A stretch of DNA of 64,000 nucleotides from Somniosus microcephalus (lineage: Eukaryota): NCBI GenBank assembly GCA_052327205.1, contig CM126227.1, positions 41,168,001-41,232,000 on the forward strand, written 5' to 3'. Under the pieces are notes generated by a model. That model was not told where the DNA came from and searched no databases. It saw only the letters and a list, made by a program, of their open reading frames with translations. Shown here one piece after another: positions 1 to 13,067 of this stretch (position 1 is its first letter; each line of letters begins with the position of its first letter). Position numbers and translations under genes: made by a program.

Positions 1-18
1 GGGCCCGACCCCGACAGA

Positions 19-1719
19 ATGCGCCCCCTAATGGAGCTACCCCTTCCCCACTGCCAAAAAGCACTGAAGAGATGCCTGGGGTTTTTCTCCTACTACGCCC
101 AGTGGGTGCCCCTCTATGCAGACAAAGCCAGGCCCCTCATCAAAGCCACCTCCTTCCCCCTGACACCAGAGGCGTGTGCAGCCTTCACTCTTATCAAGAA
201 CGATATCGCGAAGGCCGCAATGCACGCGGTGGATGAGTCCATCCCCTTCCAAGTGGAGAGCGATGCCTCCGACTTCGCCCTAGCCGCGACCCTTAACCAG
301 GCGGGCAGACCCGTGGCCTTTTTCTCAAGGACCCTCCAGGGCCCCGAGACGAGACACTCCTCCGTCGAAAAGGAGGCCCAGGCTATTGTAGAAGCGGTGC
401 GTCACTGGAGGCATTACCTGGCCGGGAAACGATTTACCCTGCTCACTGACCAGTGTTCAGTAGCTTTTATGTTTAATAATAAGCAGAGGGGTAAAATCAA
501 GAACGACAAGATCTTGAGGTGGAGAATCGAACTCTCCACCTACAATTATGATATCTTGTATCGGCCAGGGAAACTCAATGAGCCCCCAGATGCCCTATCA
601 CGTGGTACATGCGCCAACGCGCAGAGTGATAGGCTGCAGTCCCTCCACAATGACCTCTGCCACCCGGGGGTCACCAGGTTTTTCCATTTTATCAAATCCC
701 GTAACCTGCCCTACTCCATCGAGGAGGTCAGGACCATGACCAAGAGCTGCCAAATCTGCGCCGAGTGCAAACCGCACTTCTATAGGCCGGACAGAGCAAG
801 CCTGATCAAGGCCACCCGCCCCTTCGAACGCCTGAGCGTCGATTTTAAAGGGCCCCTCCCCTCCGCTGACCGCAATGTGTACTTCCTCAACATAGTTGAT
901 GAGTACTCCCGTTTCCCCTTTGCCATCCCTTGCCCAGACATGACCAGTACCACGGTCATCAAGTGTCTGAATGACATCTTCGCTCTGTTCGGGTTCCCCA
1001 GCTATATACATAGCGACAGGGGCTCATCGTTCATGAGCGACGAACTTCGGCAGTACCTGCTAACAAGAGGTATCGCCACGAGCAGGACCACCAGTTACAA
1101 CCCCCGGGGGAACGGCCAGGTGGAAAGGGAGAACGCGACGGTTTGGAAGGCAGTCCTCTTAGCACTAAAATCTAAGGGCCTTCCGACCTCCCGCTGGCAG
1201 GAGGTCCTCCCTGCAGCGCTTCACTCCATTCGGTCACTGCTTTGTACTGCCACTAATGCGACCCCTCATGAGAAAATGTTCGTTTTCCCCCGGAAGTCTA
1301 CATCGGGAACCTCGCTACCGGCATGGTTGACTTCTCCTGGGCCCGTCCTACTGCGGAGGCACGTGAGGACGCATAAAATGGACCCCCTGGTCGAGCGGGT
1401 GCACCTCCTACACGCCAACCCCCAGTATGCCTGGGTGACATACCCAGACGGGCGGGAGGACACGGTCTCCATACGAGATCTCGCACCCTCGGGTACCCCT
1501 GAATTACCACCGTTATCCCCCTTACCACCGTTATCCCCCTTACCACTGTTATCCCCCACCACCCCTCCCAACCCAACCCCTGCAGACGGCATGCCAAAGC
1601 CCCAGGAATCTTCGCCAACCACCCAGACACCAGACCCGACGTCGGATGCTGCAACACCACCGCCGCCACCACGACGATCAGGACGTCAGACAAGGCCTCC
1701 TGATAGACTTAACTTGTAG
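19..1719 (+). CDS. Gypsy/Ty3 LTR retrotransposon Pol, C-terminal part (end of RT, RNase H, integrase); starts upstream of the window
   Basis: Uninterrupted 566-aa ORF. RNase H motifs VESDAS, EKEAQA, LTDQ, PPDALSR; integrase zinc finger LHNDLCHPG...CQIC; DDE motifs VDFKGP, HSDRG, GQVERENA. RNase H before integrase is the Gypsy order. Confidence 0.96.
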   Translation: MRPLMELPLPHCQKALKRCLGFFSYYAQWVPLYADKARPLIKATSFPLTPEACAAFTLIKNDIAKAAMHAVDESIPFQVESDASDFALAATLNQAGRPVAFFSRTLQGPETRHSSVEKEAQAIVEAVRHWRHYLAGKRFTLLTDQCSVAFMFNNKQRGKIKNDKILRWRIELSTYNYDILYRPGKLNEPPDALSRGTCANAQSDRLQSLHNDLCHPGVTRFFHFIKSRNLPYSIEEVRTMTKSCQICAECKPHFYRPDRASLIKATRPFERLSVDFKGPLPSADRNVYFLNIVDEYSRFPFAIPCPDMTSTTVIKCLNDIFALFGFPSYIHSDRGSSFMSDELRQYLLTRGIATSRTTSYNPRGNGQVERENATVWKAVLLALKSKGLPTSRWQEVLPAALHSIRSLLCTATNATPHEKMFVFPRKSTSGTSLPAWLTSPGPVLLRRHVRTHKMDPLVERVHLLHANPQYAWVTYPDGREDTVSIRDLAPSGTPELPPLSPLPPLSPLPLLSPTTPPNPTPADGMPKPQESSPTTQTPDPTSDAATPPPPPRRSGRQTRPPDRLNL

Positions 1720-1761
1720 TACCCTTCACCCCGCCGGACTTCACATTAAACAAGGGGTGAA

Positions 1762-1974
1762 TGTGGTAAACCACTGTATTGTATATTGCCACCTCTGGGT
1801 GGCGCTGTGTATGGAGGCATGCCTCAGCTGACTCCACCCACCACTGTGTGGGTTTCGTTCAGACTTGTTCAGTCACTCACGAAGAAGCATGGTCTCTTCT
1901 TAGCTAATAAAAGCCTTATTCATCTCTTCTTTCGACTCATCACCTTTTATGAAGTAATTGATAAGCGTATCACA
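1762..1974 (+). mobile_element. 3' LTR of the Gypsy element (213 bp)
   Basis: Purine-rich tract AAACAAGGGGTGAA directly before TGTGGTA at 1762; ends TATCACA at 1974 (imperfect terminal inverted repeat, TG...CA); AATAAA near 1905. Confidence 0.88.
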
Positions 1975-2679
1975 GCTATAATAGCCTTCTTGTTGACCTC
2001 ATTCAGAATACCTCAGGATCTTGAAATGACAAGCCAGGTTAAACACGATCTTAGCAGCTAAACATCCTAACCATGCTCCAGACCCCACCCTGTTCAGGAC
2101 CGACGTCACAGGAGAACAGCGAGCCAATAGCTATGTGTAAAAATGAAACAATGCTGGACTAAGTTCCAAATCACATCACAAAGACTGAAACAAAACTTTT
2201 TATTCCCAAATTGGTGAAAATAATATTCATGTAAAAAGCAAAATAATACTAAAGCCTCCTGAGTATTTGAGCTGCAAGTCAGGGCACGGGAACATGTAGC
2301 TTCTTAGAAGCTTCCTGGTGTTGGGATGAAAGCGTAGGAGGTAGCTTTAGCACTTACATTATTACCTTGTAATGTTCCTGGTTCACACTGACATGCTATA
2401 CTGAATAAAATATTATTGAGCCCACCTGAATTATTGCAGCCTGCTTATATTCATACAGGTTGTGTCATCATTCATTTATTGCCTTACATTTCAGAAATGC
2501 AAACTAGTTCCAGCTGGCTTCCCTGAAGCTAACCCTTTGAGCAACTGCAGTATAAGTTATATCTGAAAGGCAGAGAGGGTGCCAGGGCAGTCAAGCACAA
2601 TTCCAGAATATCTATCCATCCTCACAGCTCTATTACTGAATCCTGACTGGCTACCCTCAACACAGGACACCATCTTCCA

Positions 2680-2888
2680 TTGTATCCTGTGGCATATTTG
2701 ATCATCTCAGTCTCGACCAACATTAAAAAAATAGATCGTCTCGTCATTTATCTCATTGCTGTTTGTGGGACCTCACTGTGCCGCATTTCCCTACAGTGCA
2801 ACAGTGAGAACACTTCAAAAGTACTTTATTGGCTGTGATGCGCTTTTGGACGTCCTGAAGTTGTGATAGGTGCTACATAAATGCAAGA
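2680..2888 (+). mobile_element. Deu-domain SINE, 3' half
   Basis: Aligns by eye to the full copy at 36728-37189 (ATTGCTGTTTGTGGGA...CACTTCAAAAGTAC...ATAAATGCAAG). Confidence 0.8.
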
Positions 2889-3935
2889 GGAAAATACATG
2901 GCTGTGGCAAGGGGGGGAATGGGGGGTGGGTGGGGGGGGGGGGGATTGGGGGGGATCGGGGGCGCGGTGGATGGGAAATGGCTAGTCATGATGTTCCAGT
3001 CATTATGAAGTGTGGGACAGGCTCTGGTCTTTTCCTGCCCGTCAATTTCATATGTTCTTCTTATGCTTATCTCCATAACCTCCAATCCTAAACCTAGCCA
3101 GATATTTATTCAGCTCATCTTTCTTTCTGGATCCTTGATTACTGGCATCAGGATTAAGGAATGGGTGATGAAATGGGGGCTCAGCTTTAGCTTCTCAAAG
3201 ACCATTGTGGATAAAAAGAGAAATAATCATTTATAATGATGTAGCTGTTCAACATATTCCCCCTTTTTACATATGGAAGTACATGACATTCTTTTCAGAT
3301 ATTTATTTTTTAGAAATATTAATTCTAGCATCGTGACTGACAAGTAGGGCGTCTCTCACTGTTAGGCGACTCTTTCATTGTAATTTCCTGTGCATCGGAG
3401 ACTTTACAATGGATGGGGGCGGGGGGAATGTTGACTTCAAACAATTAAGAGAGCCAATATGCAGCCACCCACACATGGGAAACCATGCTAAAGGCTGGGA
3501 AGTTTGCATTTGTAGCCTGTAGCCGACATCTGGCTCGATGTGACCCTCTGCCCAGTGTCAAGTCCCACTCTTTGCTGTTTGTAATGGAGCTATTTTGGGA
3601 AATTCCTCATCGCTAATATTACTGGAGTGGAGAGAGATGCTATTTGAGAGCCTCCAGGAACCATGATCAAATTGGCATTTTTCTAAAAATCCATGACTGT
3701 CTGCTGAAATGCATTGACTCATACACAGAAAGAGTCAGTGCCTTGAGGGCAAATTTGCTGTCAGGGTAGAGGGATAGCCTACACAGTTATTAACTAGTGA
3801 ATGTACATAATTCACAACGCATATATTATCTCTAACAAAATATCTATTTTGTAAACACACTCTTACTCTTTAGAACCAAGACTCTCCTGATGCTGCATGT
3901 TCTGCCTTATAATTGCAGGAGTTTCGTTTTGTTGC

Positions 3936-3953
3936 CGCCAGTAGGTGGCAGTA
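3936..3953 (+). promoter_or_regulatory. CTCF motif
   Basis: CGCCAGTAGGTGGCAGTA is a full match to the CCASYAGRKGGCR core, in apparently non-repetitive sequence. Confidence 0.6.
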
Positions 3954-5429
3954 AATGGAAATGGCCAGTAGGGTCACTCAACAGGAAGTAGTATAGTGAT
4001 AGCAAACAAAGAGGTCACACCAGCATGGAGCGTGCTGCAAGTTAATCCGCTGTAATCTTACATTGTTACGCCTTCGAAAGCATTGCCTGTGAGTTGAATG
4101 GTTTCATTACATATTCATGTTTAGATGTTAGTTATATCTCATGTATGTAACAAGGTGCATTTCTTTCTTTTTTCTTTCTCAGTTTTACTCCAGCCCAATG
4201 CAACTGATTTGTATTGTTTCATTGACCTCATGCAAGTGTGGCATTATTAAACACCGGAGCTTGGACGCTACATCCTGACTCCCATGTCGTTATTGAAAGG
4301 AGTTTGGCTGGCTGTCTAACTGCGTACAGACACATACACATAGGGAGGACAGTACACTGCACTTATGTGGGCTCTGTATTGGGGAGTAGGTTATCTCTAC
4401 CTATACTACATCGTCACTGCTGTCCATGTGCTTGCTCTAGTTCATTAGAGGATTAATACATCCATGTTCCCAGCGTGTTTCTTGGGGAATGTTTCAGGAT
4501 TTCCTGATGTAGGGGTATGCATCCAGCTTCTCTTGCTTGTGGAGAAACTTCCCACTTGGAAGATGTCCTGATCATCAGTCTTCCTCTGACCCTCCCATGT
4601 GGGGAAATGTCTTGACCCCACTTGGCGCCTCCCACTCTAGATAGCTTGGCTGGCTTTGAGAACTTGCTGTGTACGGGGAATGGGTGACAGTCGCTGGGCT
4701 TAATGTCCATCGTGAAGTGCTTAAATACACTCAAATACCAAACTGGCAAACCAAATGAAATTTTGTTTATTGCCAATGTTATTTACAAGCAGCAAAAGTA
4801 GTTCAGTAATCAAAGAGTTAATTCAGTTAGTTTATAAGTTTTTAAAGCACTGAGTGTATCAGGGCTGGAAGAACTTCTTTTGAAGTTACTGGTTCAGCAC
4901 CAGTTGGAATTAAAGTAAAAGCCAGTCTTATTTTATCTCTGTCATTCAATCCCCCCACCTCAAGATTGGAACTGATATGGCTTGAGTTACTGCCAGGAAA
5001 TGAGAGGGATTTTTTCTATATCACCCTAAGTGAGCAAATGGCCCACCTCAGCTCAGTCCGATTCTAGTGGTTGCATTGGATCCTTCAGACTCTTTTACCT
5101 GTATACAACTAATCATCTTCTAGCCAGGGACTTTATTTGTCCAATTCACCTTGCTGCGATTCCATCCTTGTGTTACTCCAGTATTGTTACCGTAAGCAGT
5201 CATTTCATACTTAAAAGAAAAGTGAATTCAGGGCATCATGGTGATCCAGCAGTGTATTATGGACACAACTCACCCTTGTGGATTTCCACGTGGCAAGCCT
5301 CTGGTCTCAGCCTTGCCACCGGGAAAATGGCAAGTGGATATCACACGGGGAAGGAGGTGAATTCTTTTTTCATGTTTTCCTGTCAATTGTTTTTCTCCAG
5401 TTCGGTTTCAGCTCCACACGTGCTGGCAG

Positions 5430-6130
5430 ACTGCGAGTACCTCAGCCAAGCGGCCATTCTTTGCATGTGAGTGCAGACAGTGAGTGTCGGCAGTTGTCTA
5501 TTCAACTACTGGGGCCCTCTCTTTCGAGCCCAATCCTTTCCTCATCTGACTTTTCAGCAGAGCTCACTGGATAGTGACGGGAGCAGAAATCCTGGTTAAT
5601 TTTCTCCCCTCTCTAACCCAGGGATGCTGAGGATAATTGTAGTTCCTCTACCACTACCTAAGCGGAACTCTGCTAACTGAGCATAAATCAGAGGCAGAAG
5701 AAAACGATTTGCAAAATGATTCTATTTCCTCCAACTTTCTCCCTTCAGGCACTGACTTGTGTGGGCTACAGCTCCATGAGAGCCGGGAATCCTCCTGTAC
5801 CTTGTCCAAGAGCCCACTCTTCATGGGTGAGCTTAGATATAGAGTGCTGCTAGGCTGTTCAACAACAAAGGCATCACAGCTGAGGCCAACCCTGTCCTCC
5901 CTTAACATCCATACAGGCGCACTTTTCACCCGTGGGGGAATTCATTAGGTAGCAATTAGGACCAGAAACTGTAGCTGATTGTTCCCTACCCTTGTCCAAG
6001 GGGCCCTAAAGCTAGTTGCTAGCTCCACCAGATCAACTAACTCAACACAGACTGGGAATCGAACCTGGAATTTCCAGGCTCCGTTCCATACTAGGTGGTG
6101 CATTTACCAATTTGGCTGATCATGGGGAAC
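5430..6130 (-). mobile_element. Two degraded copies of a second tRNA-headed SINE family (family B)
   Basis: B-box GGTTCGATTCCC on - at 6054-6065; body shared with copies near 12.7, 27.6-28.6, 31.8, 33.0-33.4, 45.5, 51.4 and 53.0 kb. Confidence 0.7.
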
Positions 6131-6969
6131 CTCTTAACTGTTTATTGAAAAAATGTTATCTTTTTTTGTTTGTTTGCCATACGATTCATAATAAAACACT
6201 CAGAACCATTGAAGTTAACAGCACAGAGGGGATTCAGCTCTTTGTCTCTGCAGGCTCTTTACTACATTAATCCAAAACTAATCCCACTGCCCTGCTCTCT
6301 CCCCATCGTCCTGGATCTCCTTCTGCTTTATATATTTATCCAACTTTCCCCTTAAAAGATGCAATGGTCTCTTTTATTAGGAATGGTCTCTGCCTTAACT
6401 ATTGCCTGTGGCAAAGCATTCCATGCACTAACAGTTCTTTGCCTAAATCATTTCTCTTAACCTCTCCTCACTCTTTTAGTGACACTTGGAAATCAATGAG
6501 CCCCCCCACCCCATCACTGACTTATTTTAAATAATATTTACTCAGGAGTTTAAAATGCAGTATTTTCTGGTTCTAATTATAAACACACTTTTCAGCAAAG
6601 TATTTAAGACAATACAATCTTGTCCTGATAATGCAAAGTTATTTTGCAATTAAAAAAAATGAATTATCCAATAATTTAAAATAAGCAATGTAAACAACAC
6701 AGCAAAGTGGGGAATTAGTGGCAAAAAGTTGAAGTATCAGAAAATCTGAATTCAGGGATTTTGAATTAAGAGTAGATTGCATACTGCAGACATCACTGCA
6801 GCAGAATAAACAAGAGGAAATATGGTTGCCAGTCCATATTACTAGCACAATTAAGAATATATTTTTTCTGATTTTCTTTACATGATCCCCTGTTATGAAG
6901 GTAGTGCAGTTGGGCAATCCTGCCACAGGAATCCTTTTCTACCTCAATCTACGTTAGCCTGGACAGTGA

Positions 6970-7685
6970 GGCCGCGAATTTGCCAGCGCTCAGAGGTCGG
7001 GTTTGGAGCCGGGTCAGAGGTTAAAATCGTTTTGATTGACGGCGGGTTGAACCCGCTGTCGTCTCGCCTCCACACAACCTTCCCAAGTGACGGGTCCCCG
7101 ATTTGCGAATGGACCTGACACCAAGCGGCGGGAAACGGATTAAAGGCAATTAACTGCCTATTATCAGGTACTTGTGAGCAATTTTCAGGGTCTTTTTTGA
7201 TTTTCCAGCTTCTGGGTCGGGATTTACGACGTCCGGACAACACTCACCTCCTCAGCAATTTGCAGCCAAGCTGCCTTGGTTTGCTGAGGAGGCCTCCTCC
7301 TTCTGTTTCCAGAGAAGAGGACCTCCTGACATCCTCTAACTCCCTCCACAAGAGCATGGAGGGAGCCCTCATGGAACCTGGATGCAGCCTTAGTTTTTGG
7401 CGCTGCCATTCCTGCAGCTGCCAGCACTTTTGATAGAATAAAGCTAATGATTCTGCAAAAGGGACATGGCCCCTTTAAATCTTTACTGAACCAATGCGTC
7501 ATCAGACGCGAGCATCTGACACTCTGCACGCAATTGCCTGGAGGGACCTGCACGTCGGCCGTAACGAGGCCAATCAACGTAAAATCTCATCTGCGGGGCA
7601 ACGCAACGGCAACCGGGAGCGGGTCGGGAAGACGCTGACCAGCGGGCCCGCCGTCAACCACCCTCCTCAGTCAAAATCTTGGCCC
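6970..7685 (-). mobile_element. Non-autonomous PIF/Harbinger-like DNA transposon with Myb/SANT-like remnant
   Basis: Imperfect GGCC...ATTT terminal inverted repeats. The - strand encodes MAAPKTKAASRFHEGSLHALVEGVRGCQEVLF...TKAAWLQIAEEV, typical of Harbinger Myb/SANT proteins. Confidence 0.7.
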
Positions 7686-7794
7686 GACTGTCTGTATTTT
7701 ATTTGATCCGATCTTGTCCTCATTTAATATCCACACAAGTACTTTTCAGCATTGGTCTTTGGATAGCAATCCGACTGAGCTTGCTGGATAAATA

Positions 7795-7965
7795 ATGACC
7801 AGATTATTTGGTCATTGATCTCGCTGATGTTTGTGGGACCTTGCCGCTTTTCCCTAGGTTATAACAGTGACTACACTTAAAAATTAGTTCATTGTGTGTG
7901 AAACACTTTGGGACGTCCTGAGGGTCTGAAAGGTGCTACATAAATGCATGTTTCTTTCTTTCTTT
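7795..7965 (+). mobile_element. Deu-domain SINE, 3' fragment
   Basis: Matches the 3' tail of the 36728 copy (CTTTGGGACGTCCTGAG...GAAAGGTGCTACATAAATGCA). Confidence 0.75.
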
Positions 7966-8081
7966 ATGTCACAAGATTCCTTTCTGCACAAATCTTGACC
8001 AAAGTTCAGAAATGGAAGACTTAAAACTGGTGATAATATTAACTGAAGTCTTCAATTAAAAACTTTGGGACGAAACATATT

Positions 8082-8810
8082 GGCTCAGAATTTGCTGGAG
8101 AGTTTGTTGGATTTTTTTTCTCACCCTTCAGCTCGAAATGTCTTTGTGCCGCAAACTGCTGGGAGTGCGAGCTGATAATCGGCAAGGTCAACGGGGCATC
8201 TGGGACCTTGGTGAACGATGGGGCCAACAATCAAACTTCTTAACCAACGAGATTATAGGATTACGAAAGAAACAGAGGTACGAAAGAGAAGGAAATGAGG
8301 TGAATTAGAGTCAAATTAGGTACAGAAATAGAAATAAAGAGAGGGCAAGAAAGATTGGATTAAGAGAGAGCATAAAAAGAGACAGAAAAGAAAAGTAAGA
8401 ACTTTTTTTTTAATTTAAAAAAACTCTAGGAACAATTTACTACCTGGAGGAATGAGACACCACAGATTCAATTGTTCCCTTTCTGGGCTGAAGAAATTAA
8501 GTGGTATTGCAGGAACATAAATCTCATCATTAAAAGAGTCCTTACATCGTTGAGTACCAACCCTAACTTTCCGAGTTTAATTCGTTTTAACAGCACAAAT
8601 GCAGCAATTTCTTGAAACTCACGGGGAGGTTGACGGCGAGATTGCATTTTTACGAGTCTAATGGCGGAGTGGCACAAACTGTCCAGCAGTTTGTGGCGAT
8701 TCGCCACTCACGGGGTATCTTTTCCTCACCACAAATAGTTGGTCATTTTACACACTAATAACAGCATGCATATTAAACACGTCATTATTTATCCCAGCAA
8801 ATTCTGGCCC
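8082..8810. mobile_element. MITE (about 730 bp), Harbinger-like TIRs
   Basis: Left end GGCTCAGAATTTGCTGG; right end CCAGCAAATTCTGGCCC (reverse complement GGGCCAGAATTTGCTGG); no coding capacity. Confidence 0.75.
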
Positions 8811-11476
8811 AATATGATTCCTGGATTCGGTAGTGTCTGTAGCTGTAATAGGGCAAGTTCACTTTACCTGTCTGGCAGAAACACTGCAAGGGTTTTACAT
8901 TCGAAGTTCCAGTTGGGTACCGATAACATGGGCTCAACGATTGGGGAAAAAATTACTCTGTCCTGTGCAGATTACAACAAGTTAACCCAACCTGATATTA
9001 GATGCCTGTCATTTAGTGGAGAGTTGCAGCAGACCAGGTGTGGCAGCTTTGTTACAACCTGCTGAAGAGCTGATACTTGAAATTTACTGCCAAGTTCCTC
9101 CAGGAATTTGAGGGAGTTTGGTGTGTTGGTTGACTTTGAGCCACTGAACATAATGTCGCACCTGGCAGCATGGTAGCTTAGTATAGACATAGTCCTGAGA
9201 CGGATGGTGGGGATATTGTTGGCTCCTCCATATATGCCAGCCTAGAAAATCAACAAAAGATAATCAATAGCTTAAAAAAAACCTGGCACAGCAATTAAAA
9301 AAGCTGAAACTCTAGTTACAGCCTATTACATAAATGAAGACAAAGAGTAAGTACAGTGGGACGAGACACTGTCATACCCTACCTACAGATATATTCAGCA
9401 ATCTACAGTATCACTTTTATTGTAGTGACAGGAGCGAAAGTACTGAAATCACAGCATGTCGCAGTGGTGGATTTGGAATACACTGAAGAGGGGGGTGAGT
9501 GAAGGTATGAGATTTTATTTTAGCAGCGTTTGAGGATCCTTACCTCTAAAAGTTTTAATTTTTAACCTTTTATTTGGTGAATTTTTCAGCACTTTGAAAC
9601 CCAGTGTAATTCTGCCTTTTAAACCAAAAATGATTTCTCCTCAAAAGGTTATAACTATTTTAAATATGAAAATAGAAGTAATTGTGGGGACTTCAATACC
9701 ACTTTACAGTGGCAATTCCTTTCAATGGGAAGCTAATCCCAGATATTTCATGCTAATTTGTGAGTTGAATTCTTTTATGAAAGACACCTATAATAATCCC
9801 AGCTGACAGGGTAAAACTGGCTTACTATTACCTCTGTCCCAGAGCCCACGACAGCCCAGAGGCTGACAGGGGATAGCAGGAAGGTTGATTCAACTATTAA
9901 AAAATATATCTTTATTTTTAAACAGTTTCAGGAAGGATAAGTGTGAGTCAATATCATTGAAGCAAAACCACAGAAATGAGTTCTGATCAATACCCAAACA
10001 CTAACCTGCCCTTCCTCCTTTAGATTCTGATCAACTTGCTGGGCATTGTAAACATTTTCTTTAAAACCTTAAAATATGAGTCTAGAACCGTTGGCAGTAA
10101 AAGCAGACAAGCATTTGTTCCATTGGTCTGCTATACCCTCTGCTATCTTGGAGTCTATTTAGAACAGATAACCACTGAAAATAACAGATCGTAATAAACA
10201 AAAAACAGTCATGTTTAACCTCCATTGTTATTTTGGATTGCTAGTCCAGTAACATAACCACTACACTGCCATACCCTACTGTAACCTGAAAACAGCTTTC
10301 AAAGTTATGGAACATAACCAGCCACTACAACTCACCTACAAACAGGCCAATGATCTGTATCATACAATACTGTAATACACTGTAGTATACTGTTAAATAT
10401 GATACTCAGTAAATTAAAAAAAAATGAAGTCAACTAATCACCACTCAAACTTCACTACTTATTTTTAAACTCTAATAATTTTGAAAGAGCAATGACAGGA
10501 ATGCTCAAAGAAACCAATTAATGTATTTGCACCAAAATAAATGTATCTCAAAAAAATGACTGTAAACAGTATTGATGAAAATAAAGCGTCACGTAAGAAA
10601 TTCCTTTGAGGAAAATAAAAAGTTTTTAAAGACAGCATTTTATCAACTTATTTACGATATGTAACTTATTTGGGGACAAGAACTAAATAAACATACCTAC
10701 AACTCTCAGAAGCCATCAACTCATCTTAAAACTTTTCTGTTGCAAGTTAGTGTGTACCCAACAGTGCAGGAATGTAAAATTTGATTGACTGATTACTTCT
10801 TACAATCTTCAGTCGTATCCTCTAATTTTACTGTTACTGACAAGTGCCAATCCTGTTCTCCAACTGATCTTATTGGCCAATGCTGACAATTTTAAATCTC
10901 ACTGAAGAGCCCATTTTTCTTGTGAAACACAAACAAGCTGACATATGGGTTGAAACGCTGTCAGCTTAAAGTGCTAATGGTTGGCTTATATATTCTTCTG
11001 ATCTACTTGCTGTCATTCAAACCCAGAACTGTGACCATGGCATTTGTTGTTTACACGTACGGAGTCATGAGGTTAAGATTTCATTCCTATTTCCTGGTTC
11101 TGCACCTCCCATGATTTCAATGAGTAGCTAAAGAACAGAGAGAGCTATCCTTTATTTATGTTGGTGGTTGACTAATCCCAGAATCCGCAGTACAGTTGAC
11201 ACAAGGTAACTGAAACTGCTGGGTGACCTGGACAATTTCCTGCCAGTAGGTTAAATCAATAATGGATCTGAACCAGAATACAGGTAGGATCATTTGGACA
11301 TTATTGTTGAAACAATTGTCCCTCCATGATGAAGATCAGAATCCAGCTATCAAAAATAAGTGCTACACTACAGCTAGATACAGCTCCCCAGGCAACACTG
11401 CAGTGTACTACACTAGACATACCCACTCTGGTTAGTCTCAGCACTCCTTAAATGATAAATGGTCTTTTAAAATGAC

Positions 11477-11922
11477 AGCCAATACTCAGTGGTAGCAGTC
11501 TTGCCTCAGAGACAGAGGGTTGTGACTCCAGAGACCTGAGCACATAATCCAGGCTGACACTCCATTGTGGTAATGAGGGAGCGCTGCACTATCGGAGGTT
11601 CTGTTTTTCAGATGAGACATTAAACCGAGGCCCCGTCTGCCCTCTCAGGTGGACATAAAATATCCCATGCCACTATTTTGAAGAAGAGCAGGAGAGTTCT
11701 CCCCAGTGACCTTGCCAATATTTATCCCCCAACCAACATCACTAAAACAGATTTTCTGGTCATTATCACATTGCTGTTTTTGGGACCTTGCTGTGTGCAA
11801 ATTGGCTGCCGTATTTCCAACAGTGACTACACCTCAAAAGTACTTAATTGGTTGTAAAGCACTTTGGCACCTCCTGAGATTGTGAAAGGTGCTATGTATA
11901 AATGCAAGTCTTTTTTTTTCTT
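11477..11922 (+). mobile_element. Deu-domain tRNA SINE (SacSINE1/AmnSINE2-like), near full length
   Basis: Colinear with 36728-37189: tRNA-like head, central GATGAGAC.TTAAACCGAGGCCCCGTCTGCCC block, L2-type tail. Confidence 0.85.
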
Positions 11923-12679
11923 TTCTTAAAGTTTTCAAACTGCATATATAATCCAGGGTAAGTTCAGTTACGAACCACGTATGATGGTACAGCAAGTCGG
12001 AGTTATGCAGTAACAGGATACAAGTTTGCCAGCCCTCCCACAAACTCCACTGAGTTCCTGAAGGTGGTCATGCAGCGCTGGAAAAGCTCCTGGCATAGCC
12101 ACGCACTTACCCAAAGGAATGAAAGGAGGGAGTTACCCTTAGGCCACTCGCGCGCACGTTTCACGGCCAGTTCATAGTGGAACCAAGAGAAGCATAGGAG
12201 CATGTTGCCCACTTGCTCTCATAAACCAAAATTCTCCTTCATCAGCTCTGAAGATCCAGTGACTCAAAAGCATTTCAAACACAAATAAATTCCAATCACT
12301 GTTATTACACAGCAGGAGCAGGTATAAAATTACGAGTCCTATAGCCAATTAACTACACAATGGTAAAATCATTCTGCAAATATATTTTTCTATTATTTTT
12401 GTATATTTTTAGGGACCAGCAATACAAGAAGATCCTCTGACAGCCATTTTATATCAGCACATAATAGCAGTAATTTTTACCCATGTTCCTTAACTTAGGT
12501 GAAATCACTCCATAAGGCATGTAGCTTTATGCGAAGGGGCATTGGTAAGAATTAGCACCATTTTGATTTGCACATCAAGTGCTCCTTATCATCCAAGAAG
12601 TTATCTGAAAGAGCAGTTTCGGCAATGCTGAGAGTGTAATTAAAATTCTGTAGAAAGAGGCTAATTCTGCAGAACAACC

Positions 12680-12990
12680 TAAAGACTTACCTGGTGTGAT
12701 ACTGTGCCATATAGGCCAGAAGGTCCCAGGTTCAATTCCCGGTCTAGACTGAGTTAGCTGACCACAGCCAGGGAAGTGGGATATTGCAGTTGGCCTCAGT
12801 GCCTCTGAGCCGGAGAGAGAAAAAAATAAGCCAGGGTTCCAGTTTCTGGTCGTTAATCCAGCCAACTTCGGCTGGCTGAGAGTGAGGCCTCAGAGGCTGC
12901 TCGCGTGCCTGTGGAATGGGATTGCCAACTTTTATTGAGTTGAAACTTGGACTGAGAGGAGTGTCACGGTGTGCCTTTGGAAACCAATGG
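12680..12990 (+). mobile_element. tRNA-headed SINE family B copy
   Basis: B-box GGTTCAATTCCC near 12729 followed by the family body CTGAGTTAGCTGA...TTGGCCTCAGTGCC. Confidence 0.7.
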
Positions 12991-13067
12991 CTTAAAAATT
13001 ACAATAAGGCAAATTAATTCAAATATTGTGTGGTCAGGCATTCAACCGCCTGGTTGCCAGCTCTTTA

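Noticed and set aside
37-1693. Several antisense and alternative-frame ORFs over the Gypsy pol
   Set aside because: Shadow frames of a GC-rich coding sequence with no independent motifs.
2905-2970. Long G-runs (also C-runs at 24718-24740 and 33955-33985) as G-quadruplex elements
   Set aside because: Homopolymer tracts are common and error-prone in assemblies; no context supports function.
4453-4776. 107-aa - strand ORF in balanced-GC sequence
   Set aside because: No recognisable domain and no convincing splice context; possibly a very old TE remnant.
11960-12240. Coding-looking stretch with a GTAAGT donor on -
   Set aside because: No identifiable homology and no partner exons found.
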